From an uncultured bacterium (lineage in GTDB: Bacteria; Omnitrophota; Omnitrophia; Omnitrophales; Aquincolibacteriaceae), in NCBI GenBank assembly GCA_964562525.1, contig CAZLTL010000001.1, positions 32,950-96,949 on the forward strand: a stretch of 64,000 nucleotides of DNA, given 5' to 3'. The position numbers and the translations under genes were made by a program. Below the pieces are notes generated by a model. It was not told the origin of the DNA and made no database searches. It worked only from the letters and a program-made list of their open reading frames with translations. Below, in pieces: positions 43,392-53,748 of the stretch (positions within the stretch are counted from its first letter, which is position 1; each line of letters opens with the position of its first letter).

Positions 43392-43427
43392 GAAAAAACC
43401 CCGTACGAAAGTACGGGGTTTTTTTAT
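43392..43427 (+). terminator. Rho-independent terminator (CCCCGTAC-gaaa-GTACGGGG followed by T7).
   Basis: Perfect 8-bp GC-rich stem with a tetraloop and a T-tract, directly after the stop at 43376. Confidence 0.75.
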
Positions 43428-43522
43428 GTCTAAAACCTTTGCTTAAGATCAGAACTTAAAAATCAAAATTCAAGGTCATAACTCAAAAGCATTCAGACTT
43501 CTGACAACCTCTAGCTTCTGAT

Positions 43523-44152
43523 TTATGTCTCTGCTTTCTGATCCTTGCTCTTTGAACTGACTTCCTTCTTCTTCCCCGCCAGCATCTGAAAGAACTTCTT
43601 AATAAACCGAAAAATCTTGGGTATGAGCCAAATAATCAAAGCCGCAAAAACAAAAACCGCAGCTAAAGCAATCATCGGGTGATTAAAAACAAGCCACAGC
43701 ATTCCCAAAACAATGCCGTCCTCGGCAACGCTGGCCGCGGAATTCGAAAATGGCTCAGGCGAGGTGTTTATGACGACGCGGGTTCCAGCTTTACCCAAGT
43801 GGGCATTGAGGCTGGCCGCGCCCGCGATTGCGGCTACCGTATATTGCAAACTTTCGGGCGATCCGGAAAAAGCCATGGAAGCCAAGGCGGCTCCGCCCGC
43901 CGGACGAATCAATGTATGAACCGAATCCCAAGCGGAATCGAGAAAAGGAATCTTATCAATTACAAACTCAACAAGGTAAAGCAGGACAGCAAAAAAGATG
44001 ACAATCGGGTTGCCTAATATATCCATTTGTCCCGGCAAAACAACCCAATGGAGGCGATGCGCAATACCCAATGCAGCCGCAGTTAAATAGAGGTTTAACC
44101 CCGTTGCCCAGCCTCCTCCAATTGCCAAAGCCATTGCCTGTAAAGATTCCAT
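43523..44152 (-). CDS. DUF4126-family integral membrane protein.
   Basis: The MESLQAMALAIGGGWATGLNLYLTAAALG and ...EFVIDKIPFLDSAWD segments are typical of DUF4126. Start set at the internal ATG. Confidence 0.55.
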   Translation of the reverse strand: MESLQAMALAIGGGWATGLNLYLTAAALGIAHRLHWVVLPGQMDILGNPIVIFFAVLLYLVEFVIDKIPFLDSAWDSVHTLIRPAGGAALASMAFSGSPESLQYTVAAIAGAASLNAHLGKAGTRVVINTSPEPFSNSAASVAEDGIVLGMLWLVFNHPMIALAAVFVFAALIIWLIPKIFRFIKKFFQMLAGKKKEVSSKSKDQKAET

Positions 44153-44315
44153 GGGTATGCTTCCTCCTGTTTTACTGCACCATGATAGATCAGCGCCCAA
44201 GAAAGTAAAAGCGGATGAATGAATTTTAATTTCCCAGCTTAAAACTTTATAAATCTTAGTTGGGTCTCGCTTTTAATTCAGGTAGAATAATCACTCATTT
44301 TTAGGAGTTTTAGCC

Positions 44316-47300
44316 ATGTCTGAAGTTAACTTAGAAAAAGCACTTGGGTTGGTCAACGGTCATAACTCAAGCAAATCTCAAGACAAAAAAACATACCAGC
44401 TCATTAACCAAAAGTTGGCGGCTTTGGGCTGCCCGGTTTTCCGTGATGAGCTCGGCACAGTAAAACTCCGCGAGAAAAGCACTCATGGTTCAGCTCCCGC
44501 CGATCTTTGTCCGGCGGATAAGCGCGTCCAAAATTTTTTACATGACTATCTTAAAGATGTTTGCGGAAGCCAAACTCCGAAACTGCCGCACCGAACACTC
44601 ATCTTAGACCGGCACGGCATCGCGCGCGCACTTTCATTGCCGCCCGATCAGGATTCTTTTACCTCAGATGTCATTCGCTCTTACCGCATTCAACAGGGTG
44701 TCTTGCACAATCCGGCCAATGACCGCCGCACAACACAAGGTGTCTTTCACGTCACGGAAGGCGGGTTGCCGATTCCGGATGATAAAAAAGCGGTTCCTAA
44801 AAAAGTTTTTGCGGCATTACTGAATGCAGCGCTCTGCGCGCCTAAAAACCTACTCCAGCTCCCATTTACTTCTTCGCAAAAAGATCAGGCCGAAGCATTC
44901 GTGTCCTTGCTGCTGCGTCCGATTATCTGCCCGGAAGTGCCGGGATATATTCCTGAAAAGTCGATGGAAATTCGCTTTGTCGCGCCTGGCAATCTGGTCA
45001 GCAATCTCGACTTTGTCGAATCGATCTTCGGCAATGCAGGCGATCCTTATCTTCCCGAAAATAATTCCGCGCTGGATGTCGAACACTGGAGCGGGCATAC
45101 AGGCTATGTTCTTTTAGCGCCGCATCTCACAAAATTAACCAAAAAAGAGCTCGGACTTCCTCACTTTGACAATGCGACTGAACGTCAAAAACACGACGGC
45201 ATGTGCTGGAAAAAACCGGAAGAGCTTTACAATGACGGTTCCGCTTTCAAAGTGACCTGCCGTGATGAGCGCGGAGTCATCGTAACCATCATTGCGGACA
45301 ATTATTACGGTTATTGCAAAAAGGAAGTTAAAACTCAAATCAGTTATGCGGCTAATTTATTCGGCATCGCTGAAGAAGAGCATGCTGGCGGAGCGCTTGC
45401 TTTCGCAGGTTATGACTTGGGAGATCAATTCGACCTGAGCCCTGCCTTGGTTCGAAACCCAACCACGTTTGATGAAATGAGCCGCATTTTCGCATCCATT
45501 ATGGATTTGCAGCCTGAGGGTTACGGAATTGATAAGAAAAACAAAGACATTCTCTATGTTCCTGAAAATGCGCGCTTCAATATGCACCTTCAAACCGTAA
45601 GCTGGGAAAGAAACGAAAAAATCCAGACGATTCATCTCAAGGCATACCATCATTACATTTTGCCTTCGGGTTATAAGATCACACTGCGCAAGCGCATTGA
45701 CGGAAAAACATGGTATCTCGTCGGAATTGCGCCTGAAGGCACTCTCTGTCATAAACCCTGCACGGTTTCAGGCGGCGGAAAATCTGAAATTTCTAAATCG
45801 ATTATGGATGCCGTCGTGCCGAGCTCTTTCTATGTCAACAATCTGACCAAAGATTTAGACATGGTCGAAGAGATTATGCGCCATGACTTTACAAAACGTT
45901 ATCGCGACACTTCAAAAAACAAACCCAAAAGCCGGCCCATCCTTAGCCCGGACCGCTCGCTCGGCTCCGTCATTAAGCTGTTTTCAGCCTCCCCCGAATA
46001 TACGGATGAATACAACGCGTGGATCAACTCACTCATCCCCTCAATCAAAGATTTGATTTACCTTATCAAATGCTATTACAGAAATGAATGGGGACAGAAT
46101 TGGCGCGAACATTTCACCGTGGATATCATGAATGGTTATTTGGGCCATGAACTTAAGCTCGATGGCCGCAAAGTGGTTTCAAGTTATTTACGCGTCGGCT
46201 ATGAACCGGATGGCACACGCCGTGTTTTCCGTGTTAGACAAGATTTTACGGCAGCTCAAAAGCTCCAAGTGGAAGATGATATCACTGCCTCAGCGCTTGT
46301 TCCGGCATCCAGCATTAAACATTTGAATCCGGAATATAAAAATCCCAGCGTCAAAGTTGTCCAAAATTGTGAATACCGTCTTTTTCAACGCCCCGATGAC
46401 GCGATTCACCGCGGTTACGATAAACAGGCTGAGCTCGATCTTTCCAGCCCTAACACTTTTCTTTCGAATTATGAGCCGCTTACCCAAAAAGCCGTGCATG
46501 AAATTATCGAAGATGCAATCGGGTTTGATAGTTATACCGATGCCGTCAAAAATATGCTGACCGACTTTATGAAAAACGAGACCTCGGAATTTGCCGCGAC
46601 ACCTTCCCATCCGCGAATTGTGGATGGCAAGCCGTCCAAAAATCCGCGCTACTTGCAAACGCGCATGGATGTTACCAATCCGAAGCTAAAGTACCTTTGT
46701 GAAATTGGAACAAGAATTTCGCGCAAAGTTCCGCCTTCGGAACCGCTGACTTTTACGGTCAATGCCATTTTGGCGGGGCGGCGCAACAATCCTCCAGAGC
46801 CCAAACACGGCATTAAACCGCTCGCGGTTTACAATCCTATTCATTATCAGGAATTGCCGGAGCTCTTCATGGATTTTGTTTCGAGTGTCACGGGTAAATC
46901 CCCATCGACAACCGGGTTTGGTTCGGAGGGAGCCCTCACAAAAGGTCCTTTCAACGCACTGTTCCCTTCGGCGGATTTAAACAATGCTTTTCTTTCTTTT
47001 ATTTTGGGAGATTACGCCGGCTTCTCATCAGCCGCGGGCTATGTCGGGCCTCAATACCGCGTTGAGCATGACATTAGCTTGCTGGTCCCGGAGATCTGGT
47101 GCCGCCTTACGGCCGCGGAGCGCGACCCTAACTATCTCATCCGTGAAGGTCATCTCGAACCGGTAAAAGATTTTGAGCACAAGGGAGTCAAAGTTCCGGC
47201 CAGCATCTTGGGCTATCGAATTACCTATAAATTCGTGAATTACTTTTTAGGTCGAATTTTCAACAACCCCAACTTTGTTTTCCCTGAAGCAATGCTTCGT

Positions 47301-47813
47301 CCGGAAACGCAAAGCATGGATACATTCATTGAAGGTATCGATAACCTCATGCAAACCCACGAGCAAGTCGCACGGCATTATTTGAATGACGGCAGCGTCG
47401 AGACACTTGTTCCGCCGCTTAAAGCACTGATTCACATTATGGCGCACGGCAACTACAATGGCATGGATCGACACAGCCCTGAATTTAGAAAAATGTTCAG
47501 CCGCGATGCTGTTGTCAAATCCGACTGGTATCAAGCCCGCCTCAAAAAGAAACAAAATTGGGATTTATGGCTTTGGCAGCGGCATGAAGAAACGCTGCTT
47601 AAATATTCCGCGGAGTGTGAAGATCCGCAGCTTGTAAAAAAACTAAAAATTGAAGCCAAACTCAAGCAGGCGCGAGCTGAAATCAAACGTATCAGTTCGG
47701 AGAGCTATCTCGCTGAATTGACAGGAACGATTGGGTCGGATGTGATGTTTCAGGTTCCGGGCGCAAAACATCCGCATTTATCTCATCAGGAAAAACTCGC
47801 TGCCGCGCGGTAA
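44316..47813 (+). CDS. Very large (1165 aa) cytoplasmic enzyme; candidate PPi-dependent phosphoenolpyruvate carboxykinase (PPi-PEPCK).
   Basis: Size matches the ~130-kDa PPi-PEPCK family. The segment YLVGIAPEGTLCHKPCTVSGGGKSEI aligns with the GTP-PEPCK P-loop region (lGItnPeG...AFPSACGKTN). Confidence 0.45.
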   Translation: MSEVNLEKALGLVNGHNSSKSQDKKTYQLINQKLAALGCPVFRDELGTVKLREKSTHGSAPADLCPADKRVQNFLHDYLKDVCGSQTPKLPHRTLILDRHGIARALSLPPDQDSFTSDVIRSYRIQQGVLHNPANDRRTTQGVFHVTEGGLPIPDDKKAVPKKVFAALLNAALCAPKNLLQLPFTSSQKDQAEAFVSLLLRPIICPEVPGYIPEKSMEIRFVAPGNLVSNLDFVESIFGNAGDPYLPENNSALDVEHWSGHTGYVLLAPHLTKLTKKELGLPHFDNATERQKHDGMCWKKPEELYNDGSAFKVTCRDERGVIVTIIADNYYGYCKKEVKTQISYAANLFGIAEEEHAGGALAFAGYDLGDQFDLSPALVRNPTTFDEMSRIFASIMDLQPEGYGIDKKNKDILYVPENARFNMHLQTVSWERNEKIQTIHLKAYHHYILPSGYKITLRKRIDGKTWYLVGIAPEGTLCHKPCTVSGGGKSEISKSIMDAVVPSSFYVNNLTKDLDMVEEIMRHDFTKRYRDTSKNKPKSRPILSPDRSLGSVIKLFSASPEYTDEYNAWINSLIPSIKDLIYLIKCYYRNEWGQNWREHFTVDIMNGYLGHELKLDGRKVVSSYLRVGYEPDGTRRVFRVRQDFTAAQKLQVEDDITASALVPASSIKHLNPEYKNPSVKVVQNCEYRLFQRPDDAIHRGYDKQAELDLSSPNTFLSNYEPLTQKAVHEIIEDAIGFDSYTDAVKNMLTDFMKNETSEFAATPSHPRIVDGKPSKNPRYLQTRMDVTNPKLKYLCEIGTRISRKVPPSEPLTFTVNAILAGRRNNPPEPKHGIKPLAVYNPIHYQELPELFMDFVSSVTGKSPSTTGFGSEGALTKGPFNALFPSADLNNAFLSFILGDYAGFSSAAGYVGPQYRVEHDISLLVPEIWCRLTAAERDPNYLIREGHLEPVKDFEHKGVKVPASILGYRITYKFVNYFLGRIFNNPNFVFPEAMLRPETQSMDTFIEGIDNLMQTHEQVARHYLNDGSVETLVPPLKALIHIMAHGNYNGMDRHSPEFRKMFSRDAVVKSDWYQARLKKKQNWDLWLWQRHEETLLKYSAECEDPQLVKKLKIEAKLKQARAEIKRISSESYLAELTGTIGSDVMFQVPGAKHPHLSHQEKLAAAR

Positions 47814-48743
47814 ATGGCAAAGCATAAACCCTATCGCATTGTTGTTTATGCTCTCGCGCGTGGCGTTGCGGCTTTTTTTTACCTATTCCCGCGCGCTTTC
47901 CTTCTCGCATTTGCGCGCTTCTTGGGTTCGTTTGTTTTTTGGGCCGTTCCAAAACACCGCCGCGAAGTCCTACGCAATCTGACGACGGCTTTTGGAAACA
48001 GAAAGACACCTCAGGAAATTCGCCGCTTATCTCAAAGCGTTTTTCAACATCTCGCTCAAACCGCTTTTGAAGTTTTACAATTTCCAAAATGGAAGCACTA
48101 TCCCCTGGAAGAAATTATTGAATTCGGCGACGCGCCGGATCGATATCGCGCGCTTTTAAGCGAAGGCAAAGGGCTGATCACCATCACATCCCATATCGGC
48201 AACTGGGAGCTTCTGGGCGGCATCCCCTCCATGAAAGGTTTTAAAAGCAAAGCCATCGCACGGCGTCTTCGCTACCCCCGTTTTCAAAACTGGGTTGAAA
48301 GCTTAAGAAACTCTATCGGCGTTGAACTGATTTACCGCGATGATTCACCCAAAAAAATTTTTCAATGTCTCAAAAGCGGCGAAGCACTCGGCCTCTTGCC
48401 CGATCAAGATATTGCAGGGCTTAAAGGCGTATTCGTTGATTTCTTCGGCAAACCAGCGCATACCAGCATCGCCCCCGTAAAACTTTCTTTAGCGACAGGC
48501 GCTCCGATCGCATGCGTGTTTTTGATACGCTTGCCGCATGACCGTTATAAGATTTTTTTCAGCGATGTCCTTCGTCCCAAGATTGAAACAACTGAAGCCG
48601 AGGCGCTGCAAAAATACACCGCGCTATGGATGAAAGATGTAGAAGAAATTATTCGGCAATATCCGGATCAGTGGGGATGGATGCATAACCGCTGGAAAAC
48701 CCAACCCAGGCTCACTGAAAATGTCTCGTCTGCTGCGTTATAA
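47814..48743 (+). CDS. LpxL/LpxM/LpxP-family lipid A biosynthesis (lauroyl/myristoyl) acyltransferase.
   Basis: The HIGNWELLG segment matches the HX4D/E-type acyltransferase motif of the family. N-terminal membrane anchor. 309 aa. Confidence 0.7.
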   Translation: MAKHKPYRIVVYALARGVAAFFYLFPRAFLLAFARFLGSFVFWAVPKHRREVLRNLTTAFGNRKTPQEIRRLSQSVFQHLAQTAFEVLQFPKWKHYPLEEIIEFGDAPDRYRALLSEGKGLITITSHIGNWELLGGIPSMKGFKSKAIARRLRYPRFQNWVESLRNSIGVELIYRDDSPKKIFQCLKSGEALGLLPDQDIAGLKGVFVDFFGKPAHTSIAPVKLSLATGAPIACVFLIRLPHDRYKIFFSDVLRPKIETTEAEALQKYTALWMKDVEEIIRQYPDQWGWMHNRWKTQPRLTENVSSAAL

Positions 48744-48847
48744 ACTCGCTTCTTTGTGCGACATACTTTTAACAGTATGTCTCCGCAGGCGCTCGTTTAT
48801 GCCTGGCATCCAAAACATTTTGATTGAGCCCAATCACAGAAAATATT

Positions 48848-49951
48848 ATGCAAGTTAACGGAAAGCCGCAACGCACAATTTGGCAGCACCCGGAAAAGAA
48901 AAACTGTGTATGCATTATTGACCAGCGTTTTCTACCGCATGAATTTAAAACAGTCGAACTTTTCACGGTTGAAGGTGTTTTTAAGGCCATCGCGGATATG
49001 CAGGTTCGCGGCGCACCACTGATTGGCGTTACCGCTGCTTTCGGAGTTTATCTTGCAACCGCGACCGCTCCGCAAAACGGCTATGACGATTTTATTGAAC
49101 AAGCTGCAAAAAAATTAGTCTCCGCCCGCCCCACGGCGGTTAATTTAGCTTGGGCAGTCAACAAGCAAATGCGCCTTTTAAGCCAGCAGCCGTCCTTAGC
49201 GGAAAAACAAAAAACAGCTCTTGCAAATGCGCTGCGAATGGCAGAAGAGGATGTTGAAATTTGTCGGCAAATCGGCGTGCATGGACTCAAGCTGATTCAA
49301 GATATTTATGTTCAAAAAAAACAAACTGTCCATATTTTGACACATTGCAACGCGGGCTGGCTAGCCTGTGTTGATTGGGGCACCGCGACTTCACCGATTT
49401 ACCAGGCATTTCAAGCCGGAATCCCTATTCATGTATGGGTAGATGAAACCCGTCCCCGTAATCAAGGAGCATCGCTAACGGCCTGGGAACTCGGGCAGCA
49501 GAACGTTCCGCACACTTTAATCGCCGACAACACCGGCGGACACTTAATGCAGCACGGCAAAGTAGACTTGGTCATCGTCGGCACCGATCGCACCACCCGC
49601 ACCGGCGATGTCGCAAATAAAATTGGGACTTATCTCAAAGCCCTTGCCGCAAAAGATAATGATGTGCCCTTTTATGTCGCCGCGCCGTCTTCAAGCATTG
49701 ATTGGAGCTTGCGCGACGGAATCAAAGAAATTGAAATTGAAGAGCGCGGCTCGGAAGAAGTCCGAAAAATAACAGGCTTAACGGAAAACGGAAAAACAAC
49801 CGAGGTGTTGATCTGCCCGCCTTCAACACCCGCAATCAATTATGGGTTTGATGTTACACCGGCAAGACTCATCAGCGGCATCATCACCGAACGAGGAACC
49901 GCCGCGGCTTCCGAAGCGTCCTTGGTCAAACTTTTCCCTGAGCAAGCCTGA
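48848..49951 (+). CDS. mtnA: S-methyl-5-thioribose-1-phosphate isomerase (MtnA; eIF-2B alpha/beta/delta family).
   Basis: The RGAPLIGVTAAFGVYLA, ...GTDR... and ...NKIGTY... segments fit the family. Start set at ATG MQVNGK. Confidence 0.75.
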   Translation: MQVNGKPQRTIWQHPEKKNCVCIIDQRFLPHEFKTVELFTVEGVFKAIADMQVRGAPLIGVTAAFGVYLATATAPQNGYDDFIEQAAKKLVSARPTAVNLAWAVNKQMRLLSQQPSLAEKQKTALANALRMAEEDVEICRQIGVHGLKLIQDIYVQKKQTVHILTHCNAGWLACVDWGTATSPIYQAFQAGIPIHVWVDETRPRNQGASLTAWELGQQNVPHTLIADNTGGHLMQHGKVDLVIVGTDRTTRTGDVANKIGTYLKALAAKDNDVPFYVAAPSSSIDWSLRDGIKEIEIEERGSEEVRKITGLTENGKTTEVLICPPSTPAINYGFDVTPARLISGIITERGTAAASEASLVKLFPEQA

Positions 49952-50544
49952 TGCGCGACGAAGGTGTTATTAAATTCAGCTGCAATTGGAAAAAAACAGA
50001 AGCTTTGCCTGAAATTCGCACCCAAGAACTGATTCAAATGCGGCAAAAACTTTTCACCCAAAGATGGATAGGTGTTTATCCCGACGGAATTGGCTATGGA
50101 AATTTAAGCCTTCTGCTGGAACCTGAAAAACAATTTGTCATCAGCGGTTCACAAACAGGACATCTTAGCGAAGTAACCCCGCAGCATTTTTCACTCGTAA
50201 CATCTTATTCCGTTGCCAGAAACCAAATCAGCTGCCGCGGCCCCATCCAAGCGTCTTCTGAATCGCTAACGCATGCCATGATTTATGAAACTTTCATCGG
50301 GGTGAAAGCGGTGATTCATATTCATTCTCCGATTCTGTGGAAGCAACTACTAAACAAAGTCCCCACCACCGGCGCGGAAGTCCCCTACGGCACACCTCAA
50401 ATGGCAAGTGAAATTAGGCGCCTTGCCAAAGAATCAGACTTGAAACAATCCCGAATTCTTGTCATGGCAGGACACGAAGACGGCATCATTGCGTTCGACA
50501 CAACCCTTGAAGCCACATTCAATCGGCTGATCAAGCTTGTTTAA
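49951..50544 (+). CDS. Class II aldolase/adducin-family protein, probably methylthioribulose-1-phosphate dehydratase (MtnB).
   Basis: Motifs GYGNLS, ASSESLTHAMIYE (the PSSE..H..IY pattern) and VIHIHSP (the Zn-binding HxH). TGATG overlap with mtnA. Confidence 0.55.
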   Translation: MRDEGVIKFSCNWKKTEALPEIRTQELIQMRQKLFTQRWIGVYPDGIGYGNLSLLLEPEKQFVISGSQTGHLSEVTPQHFSLVTSYSVARNQISCRGPIQASSESLTHAMIYETFIGVKAVIHIHSPILWKQLLNKVPTTGAEVPYGTPQMASEIRRLAKESDLKQSRILVMAGHEDGIIAFDTTLEATFNRLIKLV

Positions 50545-50573
50545 CTCGTCCCCCACGCTCAATCAAATGCAGT

Positions 50574-50597
50574 CCAAAAATCTCCATATTGGAGATC
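50574..50597 (-). terminator. Candidate terminator for clpB (ATCTCCA-tat-TGGAGAT followed by T5 on the minus strand).
   Basis: 7-bp stem followed by TTTTT on the minus strand, 15 nt after the clpB stop. Confidence 0.45.
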
Positions 50598-50610
50598 GAA
50601 CAACACCCGG

Positions 50611-53190
50611 TCACTTCAGAACAAGCTCTCCTTTTGCTGCATCGACCGTAACCTTGGAATGATCCGTCACTTTCCCTTTCATGATGGCGCGCGCTAATTT
50701 GGTTTCAAGCTCACGCTGCAACAAACGCTTGAGGGGGCGCGCACCGAATGCGGGATCATACCCATGCGCCAAAAAATATTCTTTCGCCGCAGGCGTGACT
50801 TCAATTTTAATTTGCCGTTCTTCCAGCCTTTTGGACAAGCTTGCCACCAGTAAATCGATCATCGAGAAGATTTGATCTTTATCCAGAGGCTTGAAAAGCA
50901 CGGTTTCATCCACGCGATTTAAGAACTCCGGGCGAAAGGCTTTGCGCAATTCATCCATCACTTTTTTGCGAGCTCCTTCATCAATTTCACCTTTGTCCGA
51001 AATCGCTTCGAGCAAATACCCTGACCCTAAATTACTGGTCATAATGACTACCGTGTTTTTAAAATCAACGGTCCTTCCTTGAGAATCCGTTAATCTGCCG
51101 TCATCTAAAAGCTGAAGGAGCAAATCAAATACTTCGGGATGGGCTTTTTCAATTTCATCGAAAAGAATGACCGAGTAAGGTTTACGCCGTACCGCTTCGG
51201 TTAATTGCCCGCCTTCGTCATAGCCCACATACCCCGGAGGTGCGCCGATCAATTTGGAAACGGAATGTTTTTCCATGAACTCACTCATATCAATCCGCAC
51301 TAAATTTTCTTCGCTATCAAAAAGAGACTCCGCCAAAGCTTTCGCCAACTCGGTTTTTCCTACACCTGTGGGCCCTAGAAAGATAAAGGAACCCAAAGGG
51401 CGCTTGGGGTCTTTAATCCCTGCGCGAGCGCGCAAAACAGCATCCGCGACGGCCTGAACGGCTTCTTCTTGCCCAATCACACGCTGATGTAAAATGGACG
51501 GCAATTTTAAAATGCGTTCTTTTTCGCTTTCCATCAGCTTGGCAACGGGAATACCGGTCCACTTCGCAACAATTTCCGAAATTTCATCTTCGGTCACTTC
51601 CTCGCGCAGCAAACGATTTTCACCTTTTTTAAGCCGCAATTCTTCGTCTTTCAGTTTTTTCTCTAAAGACGGAAGCTTGCCGTGCTTCAGTTCAGCGACT
51701 TTTTCAAGCTGATAATTTCGTTCTGCCGACTCCATTTCAACGCGCATTTTTTCAATTTCATTTTTCAATGCACGCGTTGACTCAATTTCTTTCTTCTCCT
51801 GATTCCAGCGCAGCTCCATCGCCTTCTTTTTTTCAGAATAATCCGCTAGCTCTTTTTCTAAAGCTTTTAGGCGAGCCAAGCTCGCGTCATCTTTTTCTTT
51901 TTTTAGCGCCGCCTTTTCAATTTCAAGCTGCATTACTTTACGCGAAACTTCATCCAGCTCTGTCGGCATGGACTCCATTTCCGTTTTAATCAACGAGCAA
52001 GCTTCATCGACCAAATCAATCGCCTTATCGGGCAGAAAACGGTCGGAAATATACCGGTTGGAAAGCACTGCGCTTGCAACCAAAGCCTGATCTTGAATGC
52101 GCACACCGTGAAACAACTCAAAGCGCTCTTTAATTCCGCGCAAAATCGAAATCGTATCTTCAACCGTTGGCGCATCCACGGTCACGGGCTGAAACCGGCG
52201 CTCCAAAGCCGCGTCTTTTTCGATGTATTTGCGGTATTCATCCAAAGTCGTCGCGCCGATGCAATGCAATTCTCCGCGCGCCAGCATGGGCTTGAGCATA
52301 TTCCCCGCATCCATCGCGCCTTCGGTTTTTCCCGCTCCCACAATGGTATGGAGCTCATCAATAAAAAGAATGATTTTACCTTCGCTTTTTTTAACTTCAT
52401 TCAAAACAGCCTTCAATCTTTCTTCAAATTCTCCGCGGTATTTGGCTCCGGCAACGAGCGCGCCTAAATCCAAAGAGAAAACAAGCTTATCTTGCAAACC
52501 CTCAGGAACATCGCGGCGCACAATGCGCTGCGCTAATCCTTCCACGATGGCGGTTTTTCCAACCCCAGGCTCACCGATGAGCACCGGGTTGTTTTTGGTT
52601 TTACGCGACAAAATACGAATAGCCCGACGGATTTCATCGTCCCGACCAATCACCGGATCCAGCTTACCTTTGCGGGCCTCTCCGACAAGCTCACGTCCAT
52701 ATTTTTCCAAAACGTTATAGGTGCTTTCGGGGTCCTGGGTCGTAACACGCTGATTTCCACGAATCGAAGCAAGCGCCTGCATACACTTAGCTTTACTTAC
52801 ACCGTGACGAACCAAAACAGCTCCGGCCGGGGACTTGACGGAAGGTTCTAATGCGGCAAGTAGCAAATGCTCCGCGGAAACATACTCATCCTTGAAGTTC
52901 GTCGCTTCTTTTTCAGCTTGAACCAATGTTTGATTCAGTTCATCCGATAAATAAACTTTTCCACCCGAAACGCGCGGCAACTTTTGAACTTCACGCTCAA
53001 AGTCTTCACTCAAAACAGCCGTCCCCACGCCTAGCTTCTTGATAACGGCAGGCACAATTCCCTCCGCATTCTGCAAAAGGGCAGAGAAAAGATGCACACC
53101 CTCGATTTGAGCATTGCCCGAATCGGTGGCCTTGCGCTGGGCGGCTGAAAGAGCTTCTTGAACCTGTACAGTATAACGATTTAAATCCAT
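50611..53190 (-). CDS. clpB: ClpB disaggregase chaperone (AAA+, two NBDs with an M-domain coiled coil).
   Basis: N-terminus [18 protein letters not shown]. Walker A motifs [15 protein letters not shown] and [15 protein letters not shown]. Long coiled coil between the NBDs. The track start at 53244 is probably a spurious upstream extension. Confidence 0.9.
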   Translation of the reverse strand: MDLNRYTVQVQEALSAAQRKATDSGNAQIEGVHLFSALLQNAEGIVPAVIKKLGVGTAVLSEDFEREVQKLPRVSGGKVYLSDELNQTLVQAEKEATNFKDEYVSAEHLLLAALEPSVKSPAGAVLVRHGVSKAKCMQALASIRGNQRVTTQDPESTYNVLEKYGRELVGEARKGKLDPVIGRDDEIRRAIRILSRKTKNNPVLIGEPGVGKTAIVEGLAQRIVRRDVPEGLQDKLVFSLDLGALVAGAKYRGEFEERLKAVLNEVKKSEGKIILFIDELHTIVGAGKTEGAMDAGNMLKPMLARGELHCIGATTLDEYRKYIEKDAALERRFQPVTVDAPTVEDTISILRGIKERFELFHGVRIQDQALVASAVLSNRYISDRFLPDKAIDLVDEACSLIKTEMESMPTELDEVSRKVMQLEIEKAALKKEKDDASLARLKALEKELADYSEKKKAMELRWNQEKKEIESTRALKNEIEKMRVEMESAERNYQLEKVAELKHGKLPSLEKKLKDEELRLKKGENRLLREEVTEDEISEIVAKWTGIPVAKLMESEKERILKLPSILHQRVIGQEEAVQAVADAVLRARAGIKDPKRPLGSFIFLGPTGVGKTELAKALAESLFDSEENLVRIDMSEFMEKHSVSKLIGAPPGYVGYDEGGQLTEAVRRKPYSVILFDEIEKAHPEVFDLLLQLLDDGRLTDSQGRTVDFKNTVVIMTSNLGSGYLLEAISDKGEIDEGARKKVMDELRKAFRPEFLNRVDETVLFKPLDKDQIFSMIDLLVASLSKRLEERQIKIEVTPAAKEYFLAHGYDPAFGARPLKRLLQRELETKLARAIMKGKVTDHSKVTVDAAKGELVLK

Positions 53191-53406
53191 AAAATAGTCC
53201 TGCTTTCCGGAATCCTGAAATGGAATCCAATATAATAGGAACACATTTCATACCACTTGCGCTAAGGGAGAAATGCTCGTTCGCGCATGAATATGTGCCA
53301 AATCGGATCACTCCCGTGACGGATTGAACCGCTTTAATTTTGGTTGATTTATGCTCGAGAATGAATAGGATGATCTCAACGTTTTAATTTTCATTGGGGG
53401 CCTTCT

Positions 53407-53748
53407 ATGAAACGAATCATTTCTTGTGCTTTGATCTTCAGCATCGTTTTTGCTCCGGTTGCTTTCGCCGAATCCTTCACCTCGGTAAAACCAAGTTCCT
53501 GGGCCAAGCAAGAAAGCTATGGTGATAAAACCGTCCACAAGCTCGGTTTTGGGCTTCTCAATATCACGGTGGGTTGGGTTGCCATCCCTTTCCAAATTAG
53601 TAAGCATATGGACACCAACCCTTATACCGGATTAGCCAAAGGGCTTTGGCTCACTGCAACCAACACCGTCGGAGGAGTTTTGCATACCGCCACTTTTCCG
53701 ATTCCTTTAGATATTCCCCTTCCGGCCGGCGGCGTTCAGTTTGAGTAA
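53407..53748 (+). CDS. Small secreted protein (113 aa); tandem paralog of the next gene; possibly TIGR04073 (exosortase-system-associated) family.
   Basis: Signal peptide. Shared motifs with its neighbour: E(S/T)YG(D/E)KT, ...G..N.(T/L)(V/L)GW(V/T)AI and T(A/G)..(V/I)..(A/V)TFPIP(L/V)D. The family name comes from memory only. Confidence 0.55.
   Translation: MKRIISCALIFSIVFAPVAFAESFTSVKPSSWAKQESYGDKTVHKLGFGLLNITVGWVAIPFQISKHMDTNPYTGLAKGLWLTATNTVGGVLHTATFPIPLDIPLPAGGVQFE

Noticed and set aside
53191-53244. The 18-codon N-terminal extension of ClpB in the ORF track ([18 protein letters not shown]).
   Set aside because: ClpB N-domains begin at the conserved MDLNRYT-type start. The extension is probably an upstream in-frame artefact, so I called the start at 53190.
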